From Octopus vulgaris (Eukaryota): a DNA stretch of 64,000 nucleotides. The position numbers and the translations under genes were made by a program. The stretch is taken from the NCBI GenBank assembly GCA_951406725.2, contig OX597822.1, positions 59,210,001-59,274,000 of the forward strand, in the 5' to 3' direction. Below the pieces are notes generated by a model. It was not told where the DNA came from and ran no database searches. It saw nothing but the letters and a program-made list of their open reading frames with translations. Positions 48,085 through 61,275 of the stretch are shown here, piece after piece (the first letter of the stretch is position 1; the number at the start of each line of letters is the position of its first letter).

Positions 48085-48328
48085 CACTGTTTACTGTAGA
48101 CAGTTTAATGTTTTGACATGTCGTTGCCCCCCGTCTGATAATGGAAGAGGCAGCGAACAAGCTGTTTTCTGATTGACTGAAAATTCTGAAAAATTATCTA
48201 ACTTTGAACACCTGTAACATTTTTCCAAAATTTTTCTAGAAAAAATGAATAGGAAATTCGGATTCAGCGTCAAAAATTACATCTATATGATACATTAGAA
48301 ATGGCTTTAAAGATAATTGTAAACAGTG
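48085..48328. mobile_element. Short MITE with CAC...GTG termini (Chapaev/Transib-like ends)
   Basis: CACTGTTTAC (48085-48094) and GTAAACAGTG (48319-48328) form a perfect inverted repeat. Confidence 0.45.
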
Positions 48329-48334
48329 AAGAAC

Positions 48335-48718
48335 GCCACAAAGATCCGGCCAGAAATTTCGAGGGAGGGGTAAATCGATTACATCAACCCCAGTATTCAA
48401 GTGGTACTTATTTTATCGACCCTGAATGGATGGAAGGCAAAGTCGACTTCGGCGGAATTTGAACGCAGAGCGTGAAGACGGACAAAAAACCGCTATGCAT
48501 TTCGTCCAGTGTGTTATCTGCTTAGCTCAAGGCCTGAAATTCGAGAGAGGCGACTTGTCGATGACCTCGACCGCCAGTATTGCACTGGTACTTATTTTTA
48601 TTGAAACGATAAAAGGCAAAGTCGACCTCGGCGGAATTTGGACTCAGAACATTAAGATAAACGCTATATATCGCTAAGTATTTCGCCCGGCGTGCTAACG
48701 ATTCTGTCAGCTTGACGC
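48335..48718 (-). mobile_element. Two adjacent degenerate copies of a tRNA-derived SINE (same family as 56083-56864)
   Basis: Both contain GGTACTTATTTT...AAGGCAAAGTCGAC(C/T)TCGGCGGAATTTG; the minus strand has B-box-like GTTCAAATTCC/GTCCAAATTCC. Confidence 0.75.
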
Positions 48719-49014
48719 TGTTAGGTATATATTGATAATAGACATGTATTGGACTGGGTACAACGCGGAGTCGAAAGCAGACTACAGTAACCAAATAGCT
48801 CATGTTGTTAAATATGCTGCTGTCGTGATAAGACATCACCACACCACATTCTGGCTGTGGGTGTTTGACCAGCGAGCAAGCAACAATAAAATTTTCAAAA
48901 AAAAAAAAAAAATAAATAAATGATGAGAAAAATGCTACTAAAGGAAAATATTTTTCTCTCTGCCTCATACCCACGTAAGCGTGTATATTTGCATTTATGT
49001 ATATATCTATTTGA

Positions 49015-49025
49015 ACACAGACACA

Positions 49026-49085
<60 letters not shown>
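49015..49085. repeat. (CA)n microsatellite
   Basis: Seen directly. Confidence 0.95.
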
Positions 49086-49088
<3 letters not shown>

Positions 49089-49297
49089 TCAATTCAAATA
49101 AACAATCAATTCGAATAAACGAAATATGAAATTAACAGACAACAAGAGGATGTGCACGAGGAAAGTATTAGCGTGACGCTCGATGATAACAAAAAAAAAA
49201 AAAAATGACGTTTTGAGCATCGATCTTTGTTGGAAAGGAGAAAGGAAAGAGTTCAAAGAAAGAAAAGAAAAGAAATCGCCAACAGCACGTGTGTAGT

Positions 49298-50110
<813 letters not shown>

Positions 50111-50115
<5 letters not shown>

Positions 50116-50222
50116 CAGTAAATATAATATGTGACAGTTATTCGGTAGCCATGATAAAACTCGAGTTTCGGATGTTGCAAAAAGAACAGGAAACCCACGC
50201 CACCATCTCTTCAGTTATCGGA
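50111..50222 (-). ncRNA. Hammerhead-like module, copy B (inverted)
   Basis: The minus strand reads GATAA-CTGAAGA-GATG...CATC-C-GAAA-CTCGAG-TT-TTATC. Confidence 0.55.
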
Positions 50223-50240
50223 CAATAGATTATTTTCGAT

Positions 50241-50313
50241 AGCCCGATAACTGAAGAGATGGCCGCGTGGGGTTTCCGCTCCGACATCCGAAACTCGGAG
50301 TTTTATCATGGCT
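50241..50313 (+). ncRNA. Type I minimal hammerhead ribozyme-like motif, copy C (Penelope-type terminal repeat, continues to ~50405)
   Basis: AGCC-C-GATAA / CTGAAGA / GATG..CATC / C-GAAA / CTC-G-GAG / TT / TTATC-AT-GGCT. Helix I (GATAA:TTATC plus AGCC:GGCT), helix II, a near-palindromic helix III and a GUU triplet. Confidence 0.6.
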
Positions 50314-51319
50314 ACCGATTAATTGTAACATATTATATTTACAGATAAATTCCTCTATTTACATAATATCGAGGTCTCTTTCATTCTTTTGCTGTTTTAC
50401 CATTTCTATTAATATATATATATAAATAAATGGTAATAAAAGGACAGTAGAATGCGAAGTATATTTTATGTAAAGTAAAAAGAATGTCAAAATAATTTAT
50501 AATAAAAAATATTATTATTATAATCGTTTTTTGAATCACTTTCATTTTTACTAGATTCGCGCACACCATCAGTTGCAAATGCAATCTCCGATTCACAAGC
50601 ACTCGTTGACGGACTTGTAGATTTCTTTTAAAAAGAACAAGTGTAGAGCTGTGTGCTTAGAAAAGCGTTTTTCGCTCTCTATGAGTTTCTCGGTAACACG
50701 CAGAAGCATTTGTTATGGTAGTAGAAACTTTTGCACTTCGTTCAAAATTTGGATTTTGTGCTTGAAAAAAACCCCCTCGTAAACCCACCCGGTGTCTCGT
50801 AAAGCGGGTCCTCGTAAAGTGAGGTATTATTGTATATTCTGTACATCAAACCAAAGGAGTTTAATTTGTTTATTTGCATCAATGTCCCCATATCTGCTCA
50901 CTTGAATTTGCCTTATAGTCACTCTATATCCCGCTGATTTTATAGTGTGTGTTCAAATCTTTCGAGTGCTAGTAAATGTTTTCTACCCCCCCCACACATC
51001 TTCCATTCGGAATATATATCAAAGAAGTTCTTCAATAAATGTTGCTGTTGGAACTTTTCTTTAATCGTGTGTACTCATGCAATGAAGAGATTATTTTTTT
51101 GTTGTCGTTGAACGCTGATGGTGCACACTTATGATCAAAAGTGTCACACACTGATTTTTAGAGGGTTATCCATGACTACCTCGCCCAGTGTGTCTTTTTC
51201 TTAATGAAGACACTATGAAGAATGTTTGAGCTCGATTTATAGCAAGCCGAGCGTCCACACAGAGGCACCCTCGAAGGCTAAATGAGGACACGTAAACGCT
51301 CTCTCGTTGACATATGTAC

Positions 51320-52097
51320 CAGGGTTGCCAATACAGTTGTTTTTATAATTTCAGCTTGAAAATCCATCAAGTTACGTGTCCGCATAATTTTAGTGTATTT
51401 AAAAATAATTTAGTGCCTCAGTTAGTTCTTCTTCATTAAAGAGAAATCAGAATTTAATTCGGAATTTGCTATCCAAAATTCAAGCAGACAAATTTTGTGA
51501 CAAGAAAATGTGTTTTTCCAGTCTTTTCAGACAATTTCTATTTGGATTGAAGTATCGTCATATAAGTTATTCGACTGGGAAAAAACTTTTTGAACATTTC
51601 TCTAAGTTAGCTTCAACAATACTCATTTTACCAGATGCAAATGCTAATTTTGAGAGCACATTTATCCACATGAATTTTATGAACTCAAACAAGCGTAACC
51701 GTCTAAGCATAGAAGCACAAAGAGAAATTCTGAATATCAAATATAGCCTTAAACGAAGTGGTAAATAGTTATGTTTGTAATCTACTTAGCCAACTGTAAA
51801 AGAAAATTGGATCCACGGAAGCTTATAAATCGTGTGAAACTGCAGCTTCTACATCAAAAGAAATTGACTGGGAAACCTTCAAAAATATTATGGAGTAAAA
51901 ATAGAAGTGATGTTAATTTCATTTTAATTTAATTGGAGCTGGAATTTTTAATATAAATCTTTTGATATTTACACCTATTTATATGATTTCTTTTTATATT
52001 TAGGTGCTTTTTGGTACTTTTCACTTTTATCTAATGCTTTTTAATGCCTATTAGCTTACAACATTGCGCTTTTTAAAATATTGAATTGGCGTTCCTG
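51320..52097 (+). mobile_element. Internally deleted hAT transposon with remnant of the transposase C-terminal dimerisation domain
   Basis: Ends CAGGGTTGCCAA...TTGGCGTTCCTG, with an 8-bp TSD ATATGTAC/GTATGTAC. ORF 51466..51768 contains FSKLASTILILPDANANFESTFIHMN...KRNRLS, a degenerate hAT-dimerisation pattern (LP.SNA..ER.FS.MN...RNRL). Confidence 0.8.
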
Positions 52098-52764
52098 GTA
52101 TGTACGCGGTTATTTACGTTTTCTTAAGTGATTTAACTAATTATTAACTTTTTCAATTTCATTTAGTATCACTTTGAATGAAGTAAACATCTCTGGTGAA
52201 GTTCAGAGGAGATTTAGCTATAATTTCCAGGAAGTTGGGTCACAACGTAGAACCATCGTTGTGAGGTGAGAGCTACATGTCCACCACAGCAAAAGAAATA
52301 TTTCATTATCGACCATGAAAGGAAGGTATTATTACATAGCCGATAACAAGAAGCAATAAATTACTATTAAAAACCTCTAGCTACTATCATCCCTACCCCC
52401 ATGGAAAAACGCTATGACAATAAATGTATTGTAGTATAAGTGAGAAGAAGTTAAGGAATTTAAGGAAGAACATCAAAAAAGTTATTAATAAAAAGTCAAT
52501 GAGGAAAAACAGATGGGGTAATAAGGAAAATTCAACCAGATATTTACAAATAGGTTATAAAAGGGAAAAAATAATAAGAGAAACGAAAAAGAAAGATATA
52601 TCAATGCATAACTTTAATTATAATTATTATTATTATAAATTTTTCTTACATATTTGTATTGTCTTTTGAAAAGTTCGTATGTATTAAATCCAATTTTGAT
52701 TTTAACATCTTTTCTCCATTTTTACATTTGCTCATGGTATCTTTATACCTATAACGAACTTTTT

Positions 52765-52819
<55 letters not shown>

Positions 52820-52879
52820 TATATATATTTTTTCACATACATGACTACACTATCCGCCTATTCAATTCCTTTTTCTTTC

Positions 52880-54175
52880 TTCCTGGTCCCCCCGCCTCCT
52901 CTTCACCATATGGTGTATGGACATTAAATTCCTATACACCATCGGCCTCTTAGCCTTCCAGTACTGCCTCAACCGTCGCACCGACCCCACATCCAGCACA
53001 TCTACACTTCTCCGCCTTGTAGAACTCGTTCTTACTCTCAACTGCTTCACGTTCGCAGGTGAGGTCTACCAGCAAATATCTAGCATCGCCATGGGAACAA
53101 GAATGTGCTCCAACTTTACTAACTTCTCTGGACAGACCCCAAAGCTATACGCTCGGTATACAGACGATTTCATTGGCAATACCTCTCTCTCCCCTGAGCA
53201 GCTCACCAACTTTATCTCTTTCGTTTTCACCTTTCATCCTTCCCTTGAGTTCACCTCTGTCATCTCCGACATTTCTGCCAATTTCCTCCATCTCTCTCTC
53301 TCTATTGATCCTCTCGCCCAATCTCTCATCACTTCCGCCTTCTTCAAACCAACGGACTCCCATCTCTATCTCAACTTTTCCTCCTCCCACCCTCCCACAC
53401 CAAACGGGCCATCCCCTACTCCCAATCCCTCCATCTCCGACGTCTGCGCAGCCGCGATCGGGATTTTGAAACTCATTATCGATACCTGGCCCTCCTGTTC
53501 ACTCTTCGTGGATACCCCTCCACCCTTGTTCAGGCCGCACTTACTCTTGTCCGCCAAGTTGATCATACTACAGCCCTCTCTCCTTCCCAATACCTGTCTC
53601 CCTACGCTACCCCCTTTCTTCTCTTCCGCCCCTCCAATCTACCCTTTCGTCGGAAGATCCTACTGGCTTTCCATCGTCTCCAATCTGGTCCTAACCCTCC
53701 CTGTTTTCCCCAACCCACCCTTTTCCTCTTTCAAACGCACCCATATCCTATGCAACTTACTGGTTTGTAGCTCCCTCAGTTCCTGGACCCTTCTCGTGCT
53801 CAATACTCCGTTGCCACATCTGTTCGTTTATTGCCAATATCACTTCCCTCGCTGAAACTAACCAACACACCCTTCACATCTGGAACTCCTTTTCTCGTAT
53901 CTCATCTAATTTTGTCTATTGCATTTAATGCTACATTTATGATTGTCCATATGTTGGTCAGCTGACCAGTTTACCGAACACCTACGAGATCTTCGCCTGC
54001 GAAAAACACCCGCGTCGCCCGTCAGTTTTGCTCTGCCAGCCATTCCACCTTACACATCACTGTCTTCGGTCTGACCTTACACTATGGATCCATGAACACC
54101 AGATTTCACTCTGAACAGCGCTATATCTTCTCTCTTCAAACGCAAGCAAACACCGTTTGGACTGAACACGACTCC
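52880..54175 (+). pseudogene. Decayed Penelope-like retroelement (RT + GIY-YIG endonuclease)
   Basis: ORF 52917..53855 has MDIKFLYT, LVLTLNCFTF...YQQ...AMGTRM, ARYTDD and KPTDSHLYLNFSSSHP (PLE RT motifs). Downstream broken frames give SSNFVYCI, YVGQ, FTEHLR and PFGLN (GIY-YIG-type). Confidence 0.85.
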
Positions 54176-55325
54176 TCCTTCCAGTAACAACTTCCAGACC
54201 CCTTTTTAAAAAATATTTTTCATTGCAATTCATTTCTTTTTTTTTTTAGTTTGAATTATTCTTGCTAGAAAATTTACCTATCTACGATGGAGGCATTAAA
54301 CGAGGGAGGGAATTCATAACTGCAGTATGTATTGAGAAATGTGTAAATGAACTTGATAGATTACTGGGTGATGTTTTAAAGAAATCACATTATTGTTGGT
54401 GATACAGCATTCTATTGCAGCTATGTGACATATGCTTGCATATAAGTGACGTGATGACGATTCACTCCTGAAATGAAAGAGGCTCCAAGCCTCTGTATCA
54501 TCAATGGTTATGTGGACCACTCCTAACGAAAGCCAGATCTTCCTTTCACCACTACATAAAAAGTATTAAGAAAAAGGTATTATTTAGATAAACTTCTATT
54601 TTAGCTATTTACTCTACTTAACGCTTGTTTATACTCTTAGACATTCAAAGTTAAGAAATTTCCGTATTTGAATTATGAATCATATTCTTTTCGATAATAT
54701 CAATATGATTACAAAACTTCTTTGTAGACGCTGTTTTTTGTTTGGTTGACACTAATTTTCAAATTACTGGAGCCCGTTGCTCTACACATAGCAACATATA
54801 ACTGGCCGTGTGTAAACATCGGAGGAGTAAAAATACACTTATACGATCTAAAGTTTGGCTCTGCACTGTTTGCTGTGAATGTGTGAAATCTTTAGGGTTG
54901 CAAAATATCAAGCTAAGACTTATCTCTCACTGTCCTATGCGAATAATGTCTGGATGCTCTGGTGTCATAGGTTATTTTGATTGACAAAACTGAGATGTAA
55001 ACAACAGCGGCTTCGATTAGCAGTTCGAATCCTGCTCGAGACTGACACACTTCAATAAACACTAAATAATCACACACACTATATACATACGTTTTTCCAT
55101 TTTATTTTCGCTGTTAACCGTCCTCGCGACCCCCTTCATTTCTACGATGGGACCACGAACTATACGACGAAAATCCAGAGTTACTCGTGATTGGTGAATT
55201 TGTAATAAAAATGCGAAGGTAGTTTATTAATTAAAAAATCAATATCCACGAAATAATTATACTTTCTGATTTTTAATGTTAAAGACCTTCCCGACGACCG
55301 TCTTTGTAATCCCGAAAAGTATCGT

Positions 55326-55469
55326 TTCCTTTGGAAACAATTCAAACTTTGTACGAGTCCATACCTCGTAGAATTCAAGCTGTAATTACTGCCAAAGGTG
55401 GTCCTACCCCATATTAAAATAAATTTTCTTGAAACTTTAAGGTGTTTCCATTATTTTGTCCAACCCCTG
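55326..55469 (+). mobile_element. Tc1-like transposon 3' fragment
   Basis: 55334-55417 encodes ETIQTLYESIPRRIQAVITAKGGPTPY*, a typical Tc1 transposase C-terminus. It is followed by TIR-like ...TTTTGTCCAACCCCTG and TA. Confidence 0.85.
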
Positions 55470-56082
55470 TACACACACACACACATGTATATGTATACAC
55501 AGAAGATGAGAGAGATAGACGAGGAATAGCATGATGATGATGAGGAGGAGCAGCAGCAGCAACGGCCAACGGTGAGAGTGAGGTGAAGGGAAAAGATGAG
55601 GTGTGAGGGGGAATAGAAAGATAAGGGTATAATGAACTAAGAGGAGTTGTAAAAGTAGAAGGCGAAAATCCCTTCATTTAAACCTGTCAGGGTCATGATA
55701 CTAAGTTCGAATATGAAGCGTTCCTTTCTCCGTTTCCTTGAGAGTTTGGATCCATGGTGTGCGGAGATGCCTGCGGCAATTTCGCTCCCTTCGAATTTAC
55801 TAAATAGTATAAATCTCGCTGACAGACTAACACTAATTTTTAGGAGTTTGCTTGACCGTCCACACACACACACACACTCATACATACACACACACACACT
55901 CATACATACCCCCCCACACACACACACTCATACAAACACACACAATCATAATTCTTAATATCATGATGTGATAACTGAAGTGCATTCAGAGCTAAAGAAC
56001 TTGCTTTTGGTGATTGACTGAGCTCCGTTAACTCGGGTTGCTGTGATTATTCGAAGAAAATATATTACTTGTAGCTAAATAC

Positions 56083-56864
56083 TGGTTTCAAATTTTGCCA
56101 CAGGGGCAGCCATTTTGGGAGAGGGGAGGTGTCGATGTAATCAACTCCATTGTTCAACTGGTACTTAATTTATCGACCCCGAAAGGATGAAAGGCAAAGT
56201 TGACCTCAGTGGAATTTGAACTCAGAGTGTAGCGACGGGCGAAATATCGCTAAGCAGTTCGTTCTGTGCGCTAACGATTCTTATTTCTTTATTACCCACA
56301 AGGAGCTAAACATAGAGGAGACAAACAAGGACAGACAAAGGGATTTAAGTCGATTACACAGACCCCGGCGCGTAACTGGTACTTAATTTATCAACCCCGA
56401 AAGAATGAAAGGCAAAGTCGATCTCGGCGGAATTTGAACTCAGATCTTAACGACAGACGAAATACCTATTTCTTTACTACCCACAAGGGGCTAAACGCAG
56501 AGAGGACAAACAAGGACAGACAAACAGATTAAGTCGATTATATCGACATCAGTGCGTAACTGGTATTTAATTTACCGACCCCGAAAGGATGAAAGGCAAA
56601 GTCGACCTCGGCTGAATTTGACCTCAGAACGCAGACGAAATACCTATTTTCTTACTACCCAAAATGGGCTAAACACAGAGAGAACAAACAAGGATTAAGT
56701 CAATTATATCGACCCCAGTGCGTGACTGGTACTTATTTAATCGACCCCGAAAGGATGGAAGGCAAAGTCGACCTCGGCGGAATTTGAACTCAGAACGTAA
56801 TGGCAGACGAAATACCGCTAAGCATTTCGCCCGGCGTGCTAACGATTCTGCCAACTCTCCACCT
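56083..56864 (-). mobile_element. tRNA-derived SINE cluster: one head plus three tandem ~170-185-bp B-box-containing units, plus a further copy
   Basis: ACTGGTA(C/T)TTA...CCCCGAAAG...GGCAAAGT(C/T)GA(C/T)CTC...GAATTTGA occurs four times. The minus-strand head is GGTGGAGAGTTGGCAGAATCGTTAGC...GAGTTCAAATTCC. Confidence 0.8.
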
Positions 56865-57176
56865 TCAACTTGTAAGCGAAATTGTAAAATACTATCTTAA
56901 TTCACGAAGATAAAATTCATTCTCAAATGTTTATGCTGCGTTGATATATTACTACATTCTAAAGAAATTGGTCTATCAGTGCATTCTCAAGAATTGGTCT
57001 ATTAGTGCATTCTTATCTTTTAATGTATTAGCCTATTCTTAAATTGGTCTGTTAAAACATTCTTCGTGTTTGCGAAATTTCCAACGGAACTACCTACTTA
57101 CTAAATAATAAGTAGTTTAGTTGACATGTAAAGCCTTAATTAGCAGTCGTGGTTCTAAATCAGTTGAGTTTACAAA

Positions 57177-57340
57177 GGCACAGGCGTTGTGTGTGGTGAC
57201 GTTCACTGCATGACCTTGTAGTTTTTTTAGTTTGATCACACAGCGGAGCACCTTGGACAAGTAACTTCTGCAGTAGCCTAGGGTTGATCAATGCCCTGTA
57301 AATGGAATTTAGTAAAGTGAATCTGTGAGGAGCTTATCAT
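57177..57340 (+). mobile_element. Old degenerate 5' half of the SINE family seen at 45018
   Basis: Colinear similarity: GGCACAGG...TGTGTGGT...GCACCTTGGACAAGT..CTTCT...TAGCCT...CAATGCC.TGT...TGGA.TT. Confidence 0.65.
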
Positions 57341-57359
57341 ATATATATATATAAGTGAA

Positions 57360-58201
<842 letters not shown>

Positions 58202-58210
<9 letters not shown>

Positions 58211-58650
58211 TATATGGGTACAGCACGTCACGAACAGTAAACAACATGAAATACGAAAACACACGAGTTGAATACGCAAACAACGAGAGAAACAAAAGGA
58301 AAACAAGTTAAGTAACATAAAGAACGACCCTTCATCAGTTGTCGGCTGCCTATCTACTCCTCATTTTGAACATTGAACGGCAATATTAGTCTTCGAAGGC
58401 AGTTGCTCCCACAAAAGCCAAAAGAAAATTTGGGATTTATGGAGGTTCAAAATTGGTAACAAAAACAGGACAGTGGAAACCGAACGAAAACAAACATGGA
58501 GGGTCGTTAAACCAGACGATAGTAAAATGGCGAACGCTGGAGAAATATTTTCTTTGACAAGAGAAAAGATAGAAGAGAGAGATATAACCTTTCGTCTTTA
58601 ATGTTGTTTACTGTTTGTGACGTCCTGTACCCATATATGAATGTATGTAT
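58202..58650 (-). mobile_element. Element with ~55-bp inverted ends, possibly a Penelope-type terminal repeat remnant
   Basis: CATATATGGGTACAGCACGTCACGAACAGTAAACAACAT versus ATGTTGTTTACTGTTTGTGACGTCCTGTACCCATATATG; internal minus-strand CTGATGAAGGG at ~58330-58340. Confidence 0.5.
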
Positions 58651-58759
58651 ATTTGTATATATATGCATATATATAAATTATTTATATTATTAATTGATTG
58701 AACGCCAGGCATCTATTTCTAAGTATATATATTGGTTTAGCTATTGCTAGTCAAGGCCA

Positions 58760-60860
58760 TATCTAATTTAACAGCACCCACAGCAGTAGTCTTTTAAATC
58801 ATGGTTTGGGGAACTATATCCCACTCCAGCAGGTGTTGTTTGTCGAAATATATCCTGGTGTCGGTGGTTTGTCTGGTATTTCTTGAGTCAATTTGTCAAT
58901 ATACCGTTTGGATGTTATGGAATCTTTTTATTTTATTTCTTTCGAGATACTGTAAAATAAAGTAGGGCCAGTTGAGTTTAAAATAAGTTTTATCCCTATG
59001 TATTTATGTGATGTGAGCTCGGTTTTTGTAAGGAGCATATGGATCAAGGGTAAGCTTTCAATGACGCGCGAACTTAAATCGCTTTATATCTTTCATCCGG
59101 AACTTAAATCGCTTTATATCTTTCATCCGGAACTTAAATCGCTTTATATCTTTCATCCGGAACTTAAATCGCTTTATATCTTTCATCCGGAACTTAAATC
59201 GCTTTATATCTTTCAAAAAGTGCAGCAATAAGTTAACATTTTACATGTTTGGACAGTGTTGGGGGAATATTTTTCACATTGTACAAATGATAAAGCATTT
59301 ATGGCTATGAAGGAAGCAATAACGTTTGAGCTTTTTTGAGGTGATCCCAATAGTGAAGGCCTGTCGTGCCATTTGTTTTTATGTGTGATAGATCTCTGGA
59401 ATACTTCAGTTTTCATAATGTTTTGTTTTATGTACAGAGATCAAAATGGGTAGCATAGTTCAACATGAGGTCTATAAAAAGTAGAGAGAAGACGGATGGT
59501 GGTATTAGGATCTCTGAACTGGAAACTTCTAAGGTTCCATAAGGACATTCTGCGGACCATATCGACTTTATTGTTGATGTGTGCATTCCAGCTTAGGTTG
59601 TCCTGATATTATTTGTTGTTATGAGAAGCTTTCCCGAAGGAAGTGGATATGGCTAAGTATATTCTCGTTTCCAAAGTGGATGAACTAAAATTTTACCTCG
59701 TTTAGTAGCATATTATTCTTTATTCGCCCCATAGAATCATAGTGCATAGATCGGATTGGTGTTCTGAGGGGTCGCATACTCCCCTGATGACTTCTTGTAA
59801 CTTAGCGCCATCTGCAAAGATTTATATTTCACTATGTTTGATGACAATAAAAGTAGGTTCAACGCAGTCCCCAGAGGAACACCGCTAATGACTATTATTG
59901 ATCTTAAGTAAATTCCATCGAATACAACATGTTGGGTTGTGTTTGTAAGGAAATATTCAGTTCACTGTGATAGCTTACTATGGGCTCCAATATATGATAA
60001 TTCCTTCAGCAGAATGCTGTGGCCAACTCTGTCGGACGCTATAGTGAAGCCAAGGTAAATGACATTTATGTTGGATGCCTTTCCCAGAGTATTTGGAATG
60101 CATTCAAAGTTGTGCAGAAGCTATGTTAGGCAGTCTCTGCCACCACGTAAACCAAGACGGTTGGGATGTAGGAAATGTTTTTTTTCAGTTTTTTTTTTAT
60201 TTCACTTTTCTGTCGAATACTTAAACGATATGAAAGTAATTCACTGCGGGTAACTCATCCCTCTTTTGAAAAAGTTGGACGTCAAACTGGATTAGAAAAC
60301 GCTCAAGTATAAAACCTGAGCCTAGCGATTTTCTCCCGAGATTTGCAAGAAGATACGCAAATTAATGCATATACACGTTCAGGATAATAACGAGGAGTCT
60401 GTCTGGGCCCACTGCTAATTGGGTTTAACTTTATTAATTACCGCAATGATATCCTCTGAGCAGAAAGTTAATTCAGAGAGGATATATTGAGAATCTACTT
60501 TAATAATACTACCTAAGCTGACCGCGTCACCGAAGATAGAACAAGATTACTTCTGCAGAAATCATACCATATCTTTGACATTTTAGCGATGATTGTTGTT
60601 TTCATCGATCAGTGCGCCGATTGATAAGTTACCCAATTTTATTTTTCAAATAAAAAGAAAACTGGGATTGTGTTTAATTTTTGAGATGACCCAGTCTTCA
60701 TCAGCGGCCCTTTATTTATTAATTGGAGACTTCATACTGCTCTGGAGAGTTTTTTTTCCGACTCAATTGCAATTATTACTCTCGAGAGGGGGTACTGCAG
60801 CTGGCAGTATTTTAGCCAATTGAAGTTTTTCTTGCTTATTATTTTTATTTTTTCGATGAG
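58760..60860 (-). pseudogene. Highly decayed CR1/L2-group LINE ORF2 remnant
   Basis: Broken minus-strand frames give NINVIYLGFTIASDRVGHSILLK (cf. YLDF.KAFD.V.H), VISGVPLG, IFADGAKL (cf. FADD) and TFYRPHVE. Confidence 0.65.
59070..59215. repeat. Perfect 30-bp minisatellite x4.9 (GAACTTAAATCGCTTTATATCTTTCATCCG)
   Basis: Seen directly. Confidence 0.97.
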
Positions 60861-61029
60861 TGTTTTTCTCTCTACAGGGAGTCAGCATCTATTTATGTTT
60901 GTGGGTCGTGATGGGAGTGGTTGCACATATGTGAACAAATGTGTTCTCAAGTAGCTGCTAAGACACTTTGACAACTACAAGTGCAATATATTCATACTAG
61001 TGCATATGTAAATTGCGTACATATGGAAT

Positions 61030-61165
61030 ATGCATGCATACTCGCATGCATACATACATACATACATACATACATACATACATACATACATACATACATA
61101 CACACATACATACATACATACATACATAATACATACATACATAAATACATACATACACACATACA

Positions 61166-61197
<32 letters not shown>

Positions 61198-61275
61198 CAC
61201 ACACGAACGTACGTACATACATACATGCATGCATTCATATATAGACATATGCATGCATACCTGCCTACATACATG
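61030..61275. repeat. (TACA)n microsatellite
   Basis: Seen directly. Confidence 0.95.

Noticed and set aside
50690-50834. Pogo/Tigger-like right end (CTCGTAAA repeats, GAGGTATTATTG-TA)
   Set aside because: No matching left end was found, so it is too weak to annotate.
55005-55045. tRNA-like T-arm/B-box GCAGTTCGAATCCTGC
   Set aside because: No D-arm, anticodon arm or acceptor stem could be built; at most a tRNA/SINE fragment.
59070-59215. CRISPR-like array
   Set aside because: The repeats are contiguous with no spacers, and the context is eukaryotic.
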